The position numbers and the translations under genes are program-made. This document shows positions 14,448-28,902 of a DNA stretch of 64,000 nt, in pieces. How positions within the stretch are numbered: the stretch's first letter is position 1; every line of letters begins with the position of its first letter. The notes below the pieces were generated by a model. The model worked only from the letters and a program-made list of their open reading frames with translations. It was not told the origin of the DNA and searched no databases. The DNA is taken from assembly GCA_012295275.1 (NCBI GenBank), contig CM022670.1:1798001-1862000 (forward strand), read 5' to 3'. Source of the DNA: Chrysomallon squamiferum (Eukaryota > Animalia > Mollusca).

Positions 14448-14760
14448 TTATGATATGATATGATTTCATATGATATGATGTAACATGACGTAATGTGGTG
14501 TAATACAATATACTATAGTACAGAATAACTTAGAATAGCACTGTAAAGTATAGTACAACATAGGATAATATAATACAGCACAGTATGGTATAGTATGATA
14601 TAGTATAATAGAGCATAGTATAGTGTAATGTTATGTAATGTAATGTAATGTATATAACAAAATATAGTAAAGTAACATATATTTTGTTTCAGTGCAATAC
14701 ATTACAATGCCCATATAGTACATTTACAATGCAAAATAGTCCAATATAATACAATATTCT
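14448..14760. repeat. Degenerate pentanucleotide repeat (ATATG/TAGTA/TGTAA)
   Basis: 5-bp periodicity immediately upstream (minus sense) of the exon 5 acceptor. Confidence 0.8.
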
Positions 14761-17014
14761 AGACATCTGAATGAATATAAATAAAATAGATTTTAAAAAA
14801 TATAAATAATTATCCGTAAAAATATACACGTAACAAGTGAACAGACAAACATGTTATAAACATATCATCTGTTTAAATAGCTAATTACTCCGATACATGT
14901 TTCTGGTTTCATTCATTTCTTTCCATTCGAGTCATATAATTACTCTTTATTCATCCATTCATTCATTTTCATTTAGTTTACAGGAAAATACCATAAATCT
15001 ACTTTGTATGATTTCGTGAAGTTAAAACTCTTGCACAGTTTGTATGATACATATTCTCCCTTTAAAAAAGAAAAAAAAAAGAAAAAAAAAAAGAATAATA
15101 AAAAAAAGAAAAAGAAAAAGAAAAAAAGAAAAGATAAACAAGCAACCACCACCCCTCAAAAGAAGAGAATTCACGATTTAAAAAAAAAAAAAATTATCAA
15201 AACTAGTAATACAAACAAAAACCACCTCCCAAAACTCCCAAAACCCAATAAATAAATAAATAAATAATAAAAAAAAATTAATAAAAATTAAAAAAATAAA
15301 ATAAAATAAAGTAAAACAAAATAAAATATTTTAAAAATCTACTCGTTAGAATAAGAACAACTTTCTTTCCGACGTTCTGAGAGAAATCCAATTTTGTTCA
15401 ATTCGTAAATCTTCTGGGAATCTTTGAGTAAATTAAACACTAAATAAAGGTCAGATGTGCAGAAAGATCACAGCCTCTTCATTTGCGAGTTGTGTCCTGC
15501 AACTCACAGACCTTTCTTCGTTGATGAAAGCGGAAATTAATAGAACGGACATTCACTGTTGTATATGGACAGAAAGAGAAATAGCGAAATGACAGAAAGA
15601 TTTACTCAAATATAATGAAACTGCCAGCAGACGACAAAGAAAGAAAACAAATTGATTGTTTTTAGAGAAGCACTGAAGTGATTTTCTGCGTTGTCACTGG
15701 AGTAAAGATGTTGTTAAAATAGTAATATTTCTAATAAATAAAGATTTTGTTTTGGTGCTTTTTTTTTTTTTTTTTTCAAAATTACATTTTGTTTCAATCA
15801 ATATTTTAAATTGTAAATAATATCATTTTCATAGTTTTGTGGTTAAATGGAAATTATGTAATATGAAAAATAAACAACTGTCAAAAAAGGAAAGAAGAAA
15901 AAAAAAAAGAATAATAATCGTAATAGATGAATAAATAAACAAATCCATAGAGCATAAAGATAAACAGATGAAAACAAATCAAGACAAAACAAAACAGTCA
16001 TATCAATATCAATATTAATATCAATGATTACTGTGTGATAATGAGTAGAAAAATCATCGACCATCATTCCATTTCCGGAAGACAAGACAGTTTGTCAATA
16101 AAAGTACTAATTAGATAAAGTATGGAGAATTGAGAACTTGGTTACAACAAGTCTCAATATTACGATCGAAAACCAGTTTGATAATTTCATTAAACTTTAT
16201 CATTCATTTGATAAAATCAACTTTGCAGTGGCTAATATGTTAGATACACACGAGCCTTCACCGAATACAAATAAGAAATAGGTCATATAGTATCCCAGGC
16301 GTGGACAGAACTCTCGTGAGGTCAAAGGTCAGTTGTTGTGATCACGGCATGCATACATGAAGAGAACAGTGAGGGAAACATTTAAAAAAAAAAAAAGGAA
16401 AAAAAAAAAAGAACGAAAAAAAAAAAAAAAAAAAAATCTTACACTACTGACATCGTATCTAAACTTTCAACATTAAAGGATTTGGTTCGTGTACAACCCC
16501 GAAAAGTCGATTGTTCTTTCTGCTACTGGTTATATCTTTATTCGAGACAGTACGTCACACTTCATTCTTTTTACACAGCGATATTAATCATCTGGATTGA
16601 CTGCCGGATTGACATCCTATTAGCTTGTCTGAGGAACGTGGAGTCTGGTCGATTCATCGATGACAAGATGCTAATTGGGTGGGTTAGGATAGGCACTGTT
16701 TGATAATAGTTATCGTGAGTTGGAAAGACAATCGATTCTTTGTTTTTTCGCCAAGTTAAACTGTCGATACGCATCCATGAGGAATACTCCAGAAACATAC
16801 TTTCCATGTGTAGTATTAAATACTGATAAATTGCTTATTGTCGTTACAACGCCGTGAGTAATTGCCTTGAAAGAGGTTAATGAGGCATGGTACACATTTG
16901 AAAACTGAATCAGTACAAATTAAGTCGTTTGGTTGAACGTCCGTACGTATCGTTTATACCATGTGTGTGTGTGTGTGTGTGTGTGTATTTATATATGTCT
17001 CTGTATATGCCAGT

Positions 17015-17050
<36 letters not shown>

Positions 17051-18202
17051 CCATCCATACACATTTATTTATTTATAAAATACACTGGTTCAGTGGTATG
17101 ACTTTTGGATGGGTGTCATTGATAGCCACAAAAAAGCAAAACTTTAGCTTCATCGCCTTGTGAGGCTAATTTTATACTTTATCAACGTATGTATTTTAAT
17201 TAATCATAGTATCCTCTGTCATTAAAATTCATTATATTTCTTTTGTGTTGTCTGTTCTAACTTTGACGATCTGCATATTTCCCCACCAACAAAAAAAACC
17301 CCAGTTAACTCCTAACTGATTTTCAAATCTGTTAAACTGAGGATGTATTCGTATGTTTGCTACTTGAGTTTAAATTTAAATTTGACTTAATTTTTCAAAA
17401 TAAAAAAAAAATAAAAATAAAAATAATGTATAGAGGGCTTCGGGTTATCTTTATATCACTTCTGAGTAATGGGCGCTGATATTTATCTTAAACCAAGTAT
17501 TAAAATGTAATAAATAAACGATTTAGCTGAGAACTTCCCAAAACACTGACATTTTCCACACTGAAATATATGTTTTTTTTTTTTTTTTATACAGATAGAC
17601 AATCTGAACTATTTCGTTATGGTCAAGAACAAAATTAATCAGTTCGCAGCGAGAACGTCTTCGCTTGTTACCGGCAAATTCTATAGCTGCACCTGTGTGT
17701 CTGTATCTTCATGTCAAAGCCATCATTTATTATAGAAACGTGAGACTAATATAGCTTTCTTTTCAGCATAATAGGTGACGCATATTTGAAGAAAGAATGT
17801 CTATAAAAATGAGGTTACTCAATGCTGTTTTCTAATTATATATTGGTAAAATTGCTCTGTTATGTCATGCTGCATTACATACTTCCAGTTAATCCTTCTT
17901 GTTTATTTTTAAAACATTTTTTTTTTTTTTTTTTTTTTTTTTTAGCATACATATAATTTTTCCTTATTTTGGAAGAAGTATAATGACGTATCAGTTTTGC
18001 AAACAGACTTAGTATAACCGAACGCCTGTTAACTACAGTGTTCCCCAGGAAGATACTTCATTTTACAGTATGGATTAAGAAATTCAGAAACAAAAAGTAG
18101 TTTCCAAACGGATTGAATTGATATTTGTCGTGATTATGTATGTTCTCCATGTCTCTGTATATATGAGAAAAGCTATATTATCGAAATAAGTAATTTTCTT
18201 AC

Positions 18203-18336
18203 CTCAGTTTCAATATGGCTTCTTCCGCTGAATGTATGTAATGTGAACGTACATGATTGGACAAATCAGGGTTGATTTTCGACAGAAAAGATTCAACAGC
18301 GCTCGACTTTATCAACGAAACTTTCTTCTGCAAAAG
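18203..18336 (-). CDS. GluN3-like subunit, coding exon 4 (start of S2), absent from the ORF track
   Basis: cttttcctttgcAG|CTT TTG CAG...; translates LLQKKVSLIKSSAVESFLSKINPDLSNHVRSHYIHSAEEAILKL(R), aligning to S2 'TVKQSSVD..F...AEAIQAVR'; donor AG|GTAAGA; phase 0 in, phase 2 out, 134 nt. Confidence 0.93.
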
Positions 18337-19669
18337 CTGCAAAGGAAAAGAACTAATTTTTTAGAATGTATTTCATACATACATACATCCACATATATGT
18401 ACATACAAATATACATACATACATAATAAATTAATTCATAGAGGCATACACATATACGTATATATTATATATATCTATATATATATATATATCTATCTAT
18501 ATATATATATACAAAAAACATATATATTTAAATATACATACTTAGCTATATAAATACATATACATTCATACATACATACACATACATATATGTAAACAAA
18601 ATACATTATACATACATACATACATATATAGATAGGCATGCATCTATATATATATAGATAGATAGAGGCATACATATATAAAAAAATTTCAACTTAGTCA
18701 TCAGTAAGAAGATAAAGTTAAAATACAAATCAGTGGTTAGAGCGCAGTCGTCATCATGACACAGAAAATCACTTTTCTCTTTGGCTTAATTTTTGTTGTA
18801 CTCTGAGCCGCATTATGGGCGTATCCCGCGGTATGAAAAGTCATCTAATGAATAAAAGTAACCTATGGAGCAGTTTAATGAATAACAGAGAATCCTTGAA
18901 GCAAAGAAATCATTAAAAAAAAAAAAAAAAAACTTGAAATATTATGTTTGACACGTAACAGCCGTCATTGTTAGAATATATTGACACACCGTAAAGCAAA
19001 TATTTACTCACAGGCGTTCACCCTGGAAATCAAATATACACAGAAAAACAATGAAAATATAGAGTTTATCAATAAAGGTAGATACTAAGAAAACAACGTC
19101 ATATCGTTATAAAAGTGAGTTTGTTTGAAATGTAATTTAAGCTGATGCATCCAGTCTGTCCAGAATGTTTTGTGTTAATGAAAAAAAAAACATGTTTGTC
19201 TAGTTTAGCCGTTGATTTCTTTTTATCAGCAGAATCTAGATGTGAATTTAAAAACAAATTCGATATTTTACGAATTTGTGCTAAATTTAAAAATAACAAC
19301 ACAGCAAAACCGAAACAAAAGAAGAAGAAGAACAAAGAATTTTGTTACAGGAACAAGAACATAAAAAATGTAAAATTAAAATAACATTAGTCATTTGAAA
19401 TTTAGCAGTTAAGAACATACATATATATATATATATTTTTTTTTTTTAAAAGGAAAAAATTGAAATCATTGAATAATAAAGTATTAGTTAATCTAACTAA
19501 ATATGCTTTGAATGATTGTATTTTATTTTCGTACGTACAAATAAATATGCTGACACCCAACCAATATACACGTCCACAAACCTGTATTAACTAATCAAAT
19601 AATAATAAACCTACTATCTATGTGTATTTGTGATTTCAGTGTTACAAATGCAATGTAAAATAAAAATAT

Positions 19670-20200
19670 TACACATTTGCATTCCACCCTGAACATATTA
19701 ACCCACTCACAAATCTTCAGTCACGAAAAGTAGAAAGGCAATCCCTAACAAGTACCATTCATAAAAATTAACTACATCGTCCTGAATCAAACAGTGACCT
19801 TCTTCAATGGTCTAATATTTCGTATTGATCAGGAATTTGTCTTCACAATTCTTAATGACCAAAGTGTTTTCAACCACCGCTCAAAAATCTGCACTGTCTC
19901 TGGTTAAACGTTGATCTGTTATGTTCGTAATTATTCGTAAGAGCTTTACTCTCCTCTTTTATTGTTTATATTATTGCGTAGATTCTTTCAGTATTACTAA
20001 ACGTACTGACCTAAGCCACGCATAGTCCGTTCAACAATACATTTAATGGAAATAACGATTGACACTATTAGCTCCACTGTGTATTCAGTCAAAGATAGAA
20101 TTATATTTCTAAGTAGATTACTTTTAGCTGATATAAAGCAACATCTGCAGAATAATGGTGGCGTGGTGCCTTTAAGTCTAAAACTACTGAGATTCAAACG
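19670..20200 (-). mobile_element. Decayed CR1/L2-like LINE RT fragment in intron 3
   Basis: Minus frame near 19838-19750 reads KFLINTKY*TIEEGHCLIQDDVVNFYEW, resembling CR1 'KFADDTKL...EG...IQRDLDRL..W'; upstream 'SAKSNLL' resembles 'SCLTNLL'. Confidence 0.4.
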
Positions 20201-20319
20201 ATTCAGCCCATTAGGTTTTCATAAGTTAATCAACTTGGACGTAGATACTCTAAATGTTTTTCCATTGTCCGAATAGTCCTACAGATAATGTACTTGCCGT
20301 CAAAGGAAGTTTTAGATTC

Positions 20320-20665
20320 TATAATTATGTTTCGTCCTCTGCTTCGTGCAGTGAATAATTATACTTTTGTTTGAAATACAAACTGGTAAACTGACAAAAC
20401 TCCATTACACGCTCTAGACACACGTTGATCTCTTTAGCAGTGTTTTCTCAATAACGTCTTCCATATCTGATCAGTCATTAATCCCATGTAATAAATAATA
20501 AAAGCTATCCTGGTTAAACTTACTGTACATCATGGTATTATGTTACAGACGTAGAAGACCCACGTGAAAAAGATTAAAAGTATCCCAGTATCAAGCTGTG
20601 TTTTAATAACACACTTATGACATAGTGAGAGCTTAAAGCTACTAAAGAGTCACCTGAATTGTGTG
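20320..20665 (+). repeat. Dispersed direct repeat, copy A (about 345 bp)
   Basis: Shares long identical blocks (e.g. CAAAACTCCATTACACGCTCTAGACACACGTTGATCTCTTTAGCAGTGTTTTCTCAATAACGTCTTCCATAT) with 23892-24240. Confidence 0.9.
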
Positions 20666-21719
20666 TGGGGGTTTTTCTCAAGAAAATCAAGCTAAACCTC
20701 TTTTAATAATCTTTAAAATGAGGTTCATTGCCTGTCGAGGTTATACTTAGCTATTTGTGTATTGTAGTATACAATATTCTATCATATTTTTTTGTTGTGG
20801 CGCACACGGCCAACGAAATCAAAACTGCAATTCGTGGTTGTGCTCTCTTTACTAGTTATATCATTGTTTCATTGTTAATGATGACAGAAATAAAAGAAGA
20901 AAAGTTTTTATTTAATGACGTGTTGACAGTCTATCGTTTAATGGCTTCATCCATTCTGATTCTGAAAGAGGAAACCCACCACAGCTGCTAAAAGGGTTCT
21001 TTTCATACAAACCTTCCATGAAAACTGAAATCAAAACTTTGGATAAACCGTTCATTACGATGTGACGTGGACTTTTAAGGCCGACAGCCTTGGATCATGT
21101 GGTTATATCAGATCGTGTTTTCAATTACCCTGGTGTAACAGAGAAGCGTATATCATACATGGCTGTAACAGCTTCCGAGCTATGTGTCTGTATAAACCAA
21201 TCGGCCCCGCTGATGGTTAACAAGAGGAAAAGAAGTTTGAATTTACAATTTAATTAACTTATATCAGCGATAAAAACTGCAGTAAATCTTCTTTTCAACA
21301 CCGTATATATTGCCTACCTCTTTAAATTGCAGATGAAGACCATTTTATGAAGAACGAAAGCTCTTTTGGTTACAACAAATTAAACAAGGATGATTCCATA
21401 TTTTAATTATAAATTTATGTTTTTATAAATATACTAATGTTTCAGAACTAGTTATTCTTAAATGTGGGATTTTCTCTGGGCTGCTCAATATTTTGTTCTT
21501 CAGTCTGTAAACTAATTGGGTCTTTAAAGCTTATTTCTATTGTGCCAATCGTCTAATTATGAGAATTTATTCTTATCTCAAGATTAAGAGTAAACAAACT
21601 GACTGAAACTTTGTGGACAAAAGGAAAACTACTAAACAAATAACGTTACATATAAATTATATTTTTATTTGTTTTTTTCTTTCTCCAACTGCATCTGTCA
21701 TTCTTTCCCTGAAACTTTC

Positions 21720-21925
<206 letters not shown>

Positions 21926-21940
21926 CTAGTTATCTATATA

Positions 21941-22228
21941 CAGTGGTACCTCGACTTACGAGTGCCCCAACTGGCGAGTTTTTCGAGTTACGAGCAGTCT
22001 CCCTGTCGATTTTACTTTGAGTTGCGAGCCAAAATCCGAGATACCAGCTAGCTTTAGATACGCCACCGCTAGTTGGCGCAACGAACAACACAACATCCGC
22101 CCAGCATCACGCTTTTTATTCGTTTCCTTCACGTGATTACCTCGCCGTGGAAGCATATCTGTCATGTTGTGCTCGCGTGATGCGCTCGGTCACGGAACGA
22201 ATTAAACTCGTAAGTCGAGGTACCACTG
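21941..22228. mobile_element. 288-bp non-autonomous DNA transposon (MITE), Tc1/mariner superfamily, pogo/Tigger-like
   Basis: Perfect 23-bp terminal inverted repeats CAGTGGTACCTCGACTTACGAGT (21941-21963) and ACTCGTAAGTCGAGGTACCACTG (22206-22228); TA on both flanks (21939-40, 22229-30); no transposase; GC-richer than its flanks. Confidence 0.92.
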
Positions 22229-22657
22229 TATCTCTTTCTCTCTCTGAGTCTGTCTTTCAAAATCCTTATTTCATTCTCAGTCCTTTCTCAGCCTCAGTCT
22301 TCCAGCATCTCACATTAACAACACAAACAGATGATTTAAATTGTCCTTATTAATGGACAAATCGTTAATTCCATTTCATGTTGTCAATAGAACAGTAATC
22401 TTCTAGAGAAGCCAGTAATGATGGAGCCAAGTATTTATTCAGCTGATGGCAATGCTCAACTTACAACAAGATTACCGCTTTGGAAGAGGAAAACAGAGAT
22501 AAATATATTCCTCAAAAATATTTATGTAACTGTCATGTATAATATACGACAGCAAATCTCTAGTTTGCGAAAAACTATTTCCAAAATAGTTAAAGTATTT
22601 TTTAATGAACAAATAAATTAATGAATAATAATAATAATGATGATGATGATGATGATG

Positions 22658-22693
<36 letters not shown>

Positions 22694-22705
22694 TAAATTA
22701 TTTAA

Positions 22706-22757
<52 letters not shown>

Positions 22758-23891
22758 TAAATGCCATGTATATACAAGTGTATAGTTCGAGAAAATACAT
22801 TCACATAGTTCATAAAAATATGTATGTGAAATGAAGTGCACAGATTAAGAATCATAACTGTGCCTGAAGTAAACGAAAACAAAGTTAACGTTACATTTAG
22901 ATTGAGAACGACAGGTGTAATTTCTAAATCGTTTTAATTATCGGTTTTTTGTACTATGTTTATGTTCTTATGACGATTTAAATGTTTGGAATCGCAGAAT
23001 TTAAGATGTGATCGCTGTAGACTCATTGGATGAATAATAAAAAATTAAAAATTAAAATATATATCACGGTCATAAATCTGATAGACACACACTTCATTCA
23101 TAGGCCAAAAAAAACCCACATACTAATATCAAACCGTAATTATACTGAACAACAGACATCGAGATATGGAATCGTTTCCTATATAGAGAGATAAATTACA
23201 TGTACTTGCTCTTGTAAAACTGATTAAAGTTTGCTGAGCAAAGCAGAGAAACCCTCAGACGACAAGATTATAATCAGTTACTAGAAAATATTTCTAAAGA
23301 CTTTCTCAGTGATAGATCAAATCATCGTCGTGGTTTGTATATTTATAGACCTTATGAATATTCATTAGATCGTGAAAAATAAAACAATACGTTTATCGAA
23401 AGACTTAGACCTTAGGATGAACCACCCCTCGGGCGTGCGGTAAAAACTCAAGACCTCATTACCGATGAATCCAGAGCAAAGATATTTCGTACAATAAGCC
23501 TTGTTTGTCTTCCTGGGCACTGGTTAAGTGTAAGTAATTCGGATGGTCACGAAAAGATTAATTAAATCTTTTGCCGTTGACGCGACATCGTGCTTGCAGC
23601 TTCTTTGGTTCAGATCACATCACGACGACTGCAGCTTTGACTGAGTGCATAAATATGAACATCACCGTTAAAAGTAACAATTTCAGGGTTAACCAAAGTT
23701 CATTTTTTTTTCTTTAATGAAAAGGTGATTGAAGAGCACTATCAGAAATAAGTTAATTCTGAAGTAAACAATTCATTTAAAACTACATTTTCCCATGCTC
23801 CCTCTGGAGAAACAATTTCCTGAAAGCCGATGTGTTCTGCATATCAATACCACTACTGTTTTCGGTATTTCTAAAGAAACATACACTTATA

Positions 23892-24240
23892 TACAATTAT
23901 GTATCTCTTCTGTTTTGTGCATTCAATAATTATACTTTTGTTTGAAATAGAAACTAATGAACTAACAAAACTCCATTACACGCTCTAGACACACGTTGAT
24001 CTCTTTAGCAGTGTTTTCTCAATAACGTCTTCCATATGTGATCAGTAATAAATAATACAAGTTTTCCTGTGACGCATATGCAGCCTGACTAAACTTATTT
24101 AACATCGTGGTATTATATTAGTGATGTACAAAATCCAAGTGAAAACGAATAAAAGTTTCAGGACATCAAATTGTGTTTAAATATCTTACTTATGACATAC
24201 TGAGAGCTTAGAGCAACCAAACAGTCACCTGAATTGTGTT
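23892..24240 (+). repeat. Dispersed direct repeat, copy B
   Basis: Paralogous to 20320-20665; both copies end GTCACCTGAATTGTGT. Confidence 0.9.
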
Positions 24241-24304
24241 CCCACGCCAAGCGAGCTTTGACATACACAATTAGATTGATAAAGAGATAAAGATTTAGTG
24301 AGAG

Positions 24305-25150
<846 letters not shown>

Positions 25151-26300
25151 TGTCTCTATCAGTGTGTGTGAGAGAGGACTGGATCTCAATGGACTGATGT
25201 TCCACGATCAATATTTTACATTATTCCCCTAAGAATATTTCTCACTTTTTAATGTTCCCAAAGGAATATTTCTAACTTCATCCAATCGTTTATCAAAGAC
25301 CATGGTACGTGTTTTATTGCCTATCCTATGAGAAAGTGCAGAATATAATATCCCTTGCTGCTAATTGAAAAAAAAAACAAAAAACTCATCAAATAGACAT
25401 TTTTTTTTTTTTATCTCATTAACTCTCTGGTTTAATAATAATTGTGTTTATGACACCATATAACAGTAAATTAAAAATGTGCCGTTAAATAAAAATTGAT
25501 TTCTAAAATCTGGCCCAGTCTCTCGTATTTGCTTTCTCTCTGCGTATCCATATATATATATATTTTTTAAATTTAATTTTTAAAGAAATGTTAATCAAAC
25601 TGAGTAATCTAAGTAAGGCCTTCTTGACATTCTGCCTGATGTTATCTTTCAAATATCTTCTACTTTTATTTTACCGAAAGTAATCAACTTGATTGTCTTT
25701 TTGTTTGCAAATTACCCGCTTCACGTAATCCTTATTTCATGATATTTACCATCATGTGAAAAAATAATTAGAAACGAGCGAACGCACACAGTAATCAACT
25801 ATTTACAAGTTTTATGTACACTCACATTCACTAAACTTCTGTAAAGCACGAAATAACCTTCTTAGACAATTCAAGAACATTGATATTCTTTGTCTGATCC
25901 AACATAGTGTGTAAAAAGCAAAAAACTTTGATACGTCATTAGTTAGTTTGGAGAATTTTCACTGAGTGTCAAAGGGTTCGATTCTTTTGTGATTTAATTC
26001 AGTGCGTTCGTCTTAGAGAATAAATCTAAAGACAATTAATCAACATTCTTGTCAGACTTGTTGACTTGAACGTGAATTTCGAATCAGTTTCTAAGAAGTT
26101 AAAAGATGTTGCGTTATTCTCAAGACACGTACGAAGCCTTGTATAACATCAACCTTCTATCGAGCTGTAGGTCTGTCTGTGTATATAACTGAATAATTAA
26201 TGAACACTTTCCTTGAATTTGTCGTACATAATAATTACCAGTCATTAAGCTTATGCATCAATTTACCACGATGTTTATTATAATTAAATATTTTACTTAC

Positions 26301-27333
26301 CTTTGAATCGTATATACTTTTAAGCATGACGACGGCTGACTGTCCTGCTAGATAAGCAGCCAGGTTGGCGGTGTAGCTGGTCATGATGAAGATTGCTAAT
26401 CCAGCCCAGACATTTTGGATTACTTTTCCAGGCCAGCTCTTGGGCGCTTTCACACTGACCGTATGTCCAGTGAGCAGAACCAGAACCATCACCAGCCCTG
26501 ACCCCAGAGAGTACTGCCGGTCACGTCTTCGGCCCCTGGGGTTAAGTCCAAACGGACTGCGCCATTCTAGCACAGACGTGGCAATGCCGGCCACCACGGA
26601 GCTGATGAGAATACAAATCCAAACCTGGAGGGAAAACGGGCTGAGAAAAGCCCACATTGAAATAGATCTTCCGTTCGCACCCGTAACAATGGCGAAAGTG
26701 TTCTGAAAGTAAGGTTCCGTGAACGATATCGCACTCATGCGTTCTGACGTCACACTGAACGCTCCAGCAGCAAGATCAGCAGCTCCGTTAGTAATGTCTC
26801 CGACCATTCCTGTCCACTCGCCGTCCTTGTACGTCCCGTAGTTGGTGTCGTTTACAAAATACAGAACGAAAGTGAAATTTAAGTCTGCGCCTAGTCTGTG
26901 CAGGAGGTCAAGAGTCAGTCCTTTACAACAATGAACACGGTATCCTGTCTGGTTGTACCCGTGCGTGGTCAGGAACGTTTCTATCACGAGAGCCGTTGAC
27001 TGAGGGTTGTAATTCAAAATCTCGAGACAGGGCAGCTCGGTAAAACATTCGGACGGGTGATCAACGGGACCGTTTATGAAGACAAACGGTTTGGCTGGGC
27101 GCGTTACAACACGGTAAGTTTTTTGTACTCTGGCTGAAGGACCGTATATGGATCTTCCTGGCCAGAGAACAGTCTTCAGATTGGAGTCCCCGTCAGCTTT
27201 GATGTAGCCAACAGTGCTCCAGACGTTTCCCTCTCGCCTGTCGTACACCAGATTCAGCAGGTGAAATGCTTCGTCGTTTGAAGGTGGAGCGATAACGTCT
27301 TTCGTGTCACAGGGACTGCTGAATTTTAGAAGT
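26301..27333 (-). CDS. GluN3-like subunit, coding exon 3 (ATD end, S1, M1, M2 pore loop, M3)
   Basis: Acceptor ttttattgtAG|A (phase 2). Contains YRVVT..KPFVF, CCKG..LDLL, WTGMVGDI, FSVTSER, FTEPYF, FLSPFS..VW, LEWRSPFG, LLTGHTV..PKSWPGK and SYTANLAAY; the EWxSPFG and GxTV..PKxW motifs resemble GluN3. Donor AAG|GTAAGT, phase 0, 1033 nt. Confidence 0.97.
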
Positions 27334-27635
27334 CTACAATAAAATTTAAATTTAAATTAATAATCTGTATCCTTGATTTTACAATAAAATAAAATTAAAA
27401 TTAATAATCTGTATCCTTGATTCTACAGTAAAAATAAATTAAAATTAATAATCTGTATCCTTGATTCTACAATAAAAACAAATTAAAATTAATAATTTCT
27501 GTTCTTCATTTAATAATGAAGTTGAAACTTTAATTAATAATCTATATTTTTGAATCTACAATAAATATTAAATTTAAATTAATAACTGAATTTCCTGATT
27601 CGACAATAAATAAGAAGTTTGAATTAATAATTGTT
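27333..27635. repeat. Degenerate 44-45-bp minisatellite (about 7 units) overlapping the exon 3 acceptor
   Basis: Units similar to TCTACAATAAAA.AAATTAAAATTAATAATCTGTATCCTTGAT starting at about 27333, 27378, 27422, 27466, 27510, 27555 and 27600. Confidence 0.9.
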
Positions 27636-27847
27636 GAGTGTGCCTTTCATATAATAAATAAACTGAATGGCATGGAGATTGTTATTTTTTGAGGAAGTCC
27701 TTGGTACAGTTATGACTTTATTAAGTGCTAGTAACTTTTCTTCCTTCCAACAAAACTGACGAAGAAGAATTTCTTGAAGAAGAAATTCTTTTAAATTATA
27801 GTTTTAAATACATTCCTTATATTTCACAGATTTGAATCTTTTCTATC

Positions 27848-27897
<50 letters not shown>

Positions 27898-28902
27898 TAA
27901 CAACAACAACAACAACTCTAACAACTGCAACAACAATAACAACATCATCAACAACGACGACAATATCGGTCATGATGATGACAGTAAAAATGATTTAAAT
28001 TACATGCATAATTAATGTGGAAGACACGAAATAAAGATCACTCCAGATGAAAGGCTAACTTTCTTAAAGTAACAGAAAAAGAAACCAAGGCAAAACAGTA
28101 TTATTTCATTGTGTACTACTAATATTCTCTAGAGAAACCAGCGAGATTAAACAGTAATTAAATAAAACAATCATATGGGTTATGTAATATAATGGCCATT
28201 TGTGTGTGAAATATAAAGACAGGGAAAGAAAATCTAATAATACAAAATCAAACGATTAAATAATGATGAAGCAAAGTGAAATGTCCAAAGGAATACATTG
28301 TTTTAAATTCTTTGTTACAAAGCTTTGTGTTAGCAACTGAATGGATTTAAAGGAATAAAGAATTGACCTGGTGGATTCTTCTTTCTGTATTGTAATACAT
28401 AGCATTAATAACAAATGTTTACCATGGCTGAAAGCTTACTTGGAATCTATATACAGAAACGTATTCATCAGTACAGAATAGTGATATATATAGTATAGTA
28501 ATAGTAGAATAAATGTGTATGGTTTAGGATTTTGAATATTCTCTGTCTTATGTAGGTTTGATTAGACTCTGCACACAGACAATATTCGGGAACGCATTGG
28601 CGCAGGAGGACAAAGTCCAATCACGACCTCACAAAACCCGTCAGATGCCGCTGACGAGACTCGAACGTATGGCAGCCATTCACCCGCACTCCGAAGGCGG
28701 ACGATGTTACCGTTCAGATTTATATATTTGTGTATATATGTATGTATACATCTATATGTAAATATGTACGAATATATGTCTCTGTGTTTATGTTTGCATG
28801 TATCCAGTTATTTTGAACCTACATTGTTAAACTAATATATTTTACGAACATCCCAGACACATCTCACAATTAATTCATACACATCATCAACTAGATACGT
28901 AC

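Noticed and set aside
16482-16895. Cluster of short ORFs in intron 4
   Set aside because: No motifs or splice support; exons 4 and 5 join in phase without them.
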